From assembly GCF_006345805.1 (NCBI RefSeq), contig NW_021827156.1, forward strand, positions 1 through 10,875: a DNA stretch of 10,875 nt, written 5' to 3'. The translations under genes and the position numbers were made by a program. Source of the DNA: Octopus sinensis (Eukaryota). Under the pieces are notes generated by a model. It was given only the letters and a program-made list of their open reading frames with translations. It was not told where the DNA came from and made no database searches. Positions 8,692 to 10,875 of this stretch are shown piece after piece. Within the stretch, counting starts at the first letter, position 1; each line of letters starts with the position of its first letter.

Positions 8692-9238
8692 ATTCAGTAG
8701 TATATTTTTAATCGCGTGCTTTCACCTCACTACCGGGCGCAGCTCTGTGTACCTTGGGTATGTGCTTTGATTTGTTGTGATGCTCTGATGGTTACTGTAT
8801 GGAAAGTGTTCTGCGTAGGATGTGTGCAGTGCCTAGTAGTGCAATTTTCTGTATGTTATATGTGTTTGTAAGTCCTGGTGTTTTGTGTTATGTATTTGTC
8901 TGAATATTTTTTATCATGCCTATGCCCTGTTATGATAGGAATTGTTTCTGTTTTTAGATTCCATATTCTGGTTACCTCTATTTTCAGGTCTTTGTATTTT
9001 GAAGTTTCTCCTTTCTCATTTTTTAGGACACGTTGTCATCTGCTGGTATTGATACATCAATTAGAAAGCATTTTTTTTCTTCATGATCTCTGACCACTAA
9101 TCTGTATCTGTTGTTGGCCTTAATTTCTCTATCTGTGTGTATTGGCATATCCCAGAGTATGGTTGCTTTCTCGTTTTCTGTGACCTTTTCAGGTGTGTGC
9201 CTATACCATCTTTTTTCTGTTATTTCATAATGTTGGCA
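8692..9238 (-). mobile_element. R4/Dong-clade 3' fragment (lineage C): RLE domain plus about 100-nt 3'UTR; pseudogenised
   Basis: Minus strand reads CQHYEITEKRWYRHTPEKVTENEKATILWDMPIHTDREIKAN...VVRDHEEKKCFLIDVSIPADDNVS*...KYKDLKIEVTRIWNLKTETIPII...TPGLTNTYNIQKIALLGTAHILRRTLSIQ* (stop 8794-8792). Several 1-nt indels; the catalytic PD is scrambled. (TAA)n tail on the element strand. Confidence 0.92.
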
Positions 9239-9271
9239 TCATTCCACAAGCGCAAAAAAGATGTAAAATAA
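9237..9271 (+). mobile_element. Inverted 35-nt fragment of Dong-like RT sequence
   Basis: CATCATTCCACAAGCGCAAAAAGATGTAAAATAAA versus the reverse complement of 9947-9982, CATCATTCTACAAGCGCAAAAAAGATGTGAAATAAA: 33 of 36 aligned columns match. Confidence 0.85.
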
Positions 9272-9278
9272 AGTATTA

Positions 9279-9334
<56 letters not shown>
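9272..9334. repeat. (TTA)n microsatellite
   Basis: Seen directly. Confidence 0.96.
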
Positions 9335-9562
9335 GAGTGAGAGAGCAGTGCATGCTATCAAAGTGACACTGGTGTAAAATATACGAAGCCCAGTATACCC
9401 ATCAGGATTACCCGTCTGATAAGGGTACACTAGACACATGCATCACAACCATATGTGCGTGACATGGTGAACTTATATCATGATAAACAGTGCATAACTT
9501 TGCAGGTGGGGCCCAGTTATAATTTTCTTCAGCTCGAGTAGCCCATCCTGCTCAGAAGGTCC
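9335..9562 (-). mobile_element. Unclassified non-coding retroposon 3' end with (TAA)n tail
   Basis: Complex non-coding block ending ...CACTGCTCTCTCACTC-AATAATAA on the minus strand and abutting the RT fragment sharply at 9563. Resembles a repeat I recall as common in octopus DNA (unverified). Confidence 0.45.
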
Positions 9563-10108
9563 TTTTTTATGATTTTGTTAATAGTTTTGTATCCATGTCT
9601 GGCGTTGTTCAACTCATTTGAGGGTGAGAGCAGTGCCATGCAAAAAATTAATGGGGAGATGTAATCTTGAGAGATGCCTCGTTTGATTTTGATGCCATTG
9701 GATTGGCTCATCCCATTACTATGGTTTAGAAAAAGACCTGTGTTTCATTTCGCCATCCTATTTTGTAGAAATCTAGATATGTTAGGAGAGATCTTATACG
9801 TACCGAGGCCTTTGCGTATCCATTTATGTGGGACACCCGCAAACACTTTTCTGTAACTTATCGATGGTTTCAGGTTTTTGTTTTTGCCGTGGCAAATTTC
9901 CAAAATGATTATATTTCTGAACAACTGGTTTTTGAACTCACAGGAATTTATTTCACATCTTTTTTGCGCTTGTAGAATGATGGCGTTCTGTCCAAGGAAA
10001 GCGTACGTTCTTTTAGTTATGGATGCGAGATTCTTGTAAGTAGTATTAAGACATGTTATTGGTCGGTAATTCTGTGTGAGTTTTATGCCTTCAGCTTTTG
10101 GTAATAAT
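9563..10108 (-). mobile_element. R4/Dong-clade reverse transcriptase fragment (N-terminal motifs up to the QGD.LSP motif), pseudogenised
   Basis: One continuous minus frame: LLPKAEGIKLTQNYRPITCLNTTYKNLAS...QKRC...KNQL...SYRKVFAGVPHKWI...YKISP...K*NTGLFL...IKRGISQDYISPLIFCMAL...ELNNARHGYK. It contains NYRPITCL, a degenerate DY.KAFDSVPH and a degenerate RGIFQGD.LSPL. Stop at 9747-9745; truncated before YMDD. Confidence 0.9.
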
Positions 10109-10875
10109 CAGATAGTCAGCCAGACAGGTATTTGCTCTGGGTTCTGAATATTGGTTAGAGATGCAGCGAGATTTTCGTGTAATTCTACCAAACAATTCAG
10201 CCAGAATTTAGGGATCTGGTCCAGATAGTCAGCCAGACAGTTATTTGCTCTGGGTTCTGAATATTGGTTAGAGATGCAGCGAGATTTTCGTGTAATTCTA
10301 CCAAACAATTCAGCCAGAATTTAGGGATCTGGTCCAGATAGTCAGCCAGACAGTTATTTGCTCTGGGTTCTGAATATTGGTTAGAGATGCAGCGAGATTT
10401 TCGTGTAATTCTACCAAACAATTCAGCCAGAATTTAGGAATCTGGTCCAGATAGTCAGATAGTCAGATAGTCAGCCAGGAAGGTATTTGCTCTGGGTTCT
10501 GATTATTGGTTAGAGATGCAGCGAGATTTTCGTGTAATTCTACCAAACAATTCAGCCAGAATATAGGGATCTGGTCCAGATAGTCAGATAGTCAGATAGT
10601 CAGCCAGGCAGGTATTTGCTCTGGGTTCTGAATATTGGTTAGAGATGCAGCGAGATTTTCATGTAATTCTACCAAACAATTCAGCCAGAATTTAGGGATC
10701 TGGTCCAGATAGTCAGATAGTCAACGAGGCAGGTATTTGCTCTGGGTTCTGAATATTGGTTAGAGATGCAGCGAGATTTTCGTGTAATTCTACCAAACAA
10801 TTCAGCCAGAATTTAGGGATCTGGTCCAGATAGTCAGCCAGACAGGTATTGCTCTGGGTTCTGAATATTGGTTAA
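10109..10875 (-). repeat. Minisatellite, 113-bp unit derived from Dong-like RT N-terminal coding sequence, at least 6.4 copies, runs off the window
   Basis: Units start at 10109, 10222, 10335, 10448, 10577, 10706 and 10827 (lengths 113,113,113,129,129,121, then partial). The minus strand encodes GPD/DQIPKFWLNCLVELHENLAASLTNIQNPEQIPVWLT, matching PGPD.I.NFWLK..LH...P.WLT, and is contiguous with the RT fragment. Confidence 0.95.

Noticed and set aside
8333-8798. Hammerhead ribozyme/retrozyme or CRISPR-like reading of the tandem units (also tested on 10109-10875)
   Set aside because: No CTGANGA plus GAAA core on one strand (the closest is CTGATGG). The spacers are microsatellite or absent, and the units are fully explained as retrotransposon sequence.
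9333-9641. 21/24 similarity between 9333-9355 and 9618-9641 (core GAGAGCAGTGC)
   Set aside because: A rough estimate puts such a match within chance range for this much sequence; it does not coincide with a breakpoint in the RT fragment.
9529-10421. Track ORFs 9529-9711, 10108-10308 and 10197-10421 as functional genes
   Set aside because: They are pieces of a pseudogenised RT with stops, deleted catalytic motifs and repeat-induced frame changes.

Overview
Repeat-dominated, non-genic (intronic or intergenic) animal DNA. It is very probably from a coleoid cephalopod (Octopus); this is an inference from recalled SINE sequences and the extreme microsatellite load, not from a search. I find no supportable host protein-coding gene: almost every ORF in the track is a read-through of (CA)n/(TA)n/(CATA)n/(TAA)n repeats. 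The window contains: (i) tRNA-derived SINEs of three families (six segments, one with a perfect 17-bp TSD); (ii) decayed R4/Dong-clade non-LTR retrotransposons of at least three lineages, all sitting in (TAA)n microsatellites with the same strand polarity; (iii) derivatives of those elements: two tandem ~105-nt 3'UTR-only copies, a 35-nt inverted RT fragment at a 5' junction, and a 113-bp minisatellite (with a nested 8-mer) grown from RT coding sequence; (iv) one unique ~350-bp island dense in CRE/bZIP, nuclear-receptor and ETS motifs, a candidate enhancer; (v) several kb of compound microsatellite.
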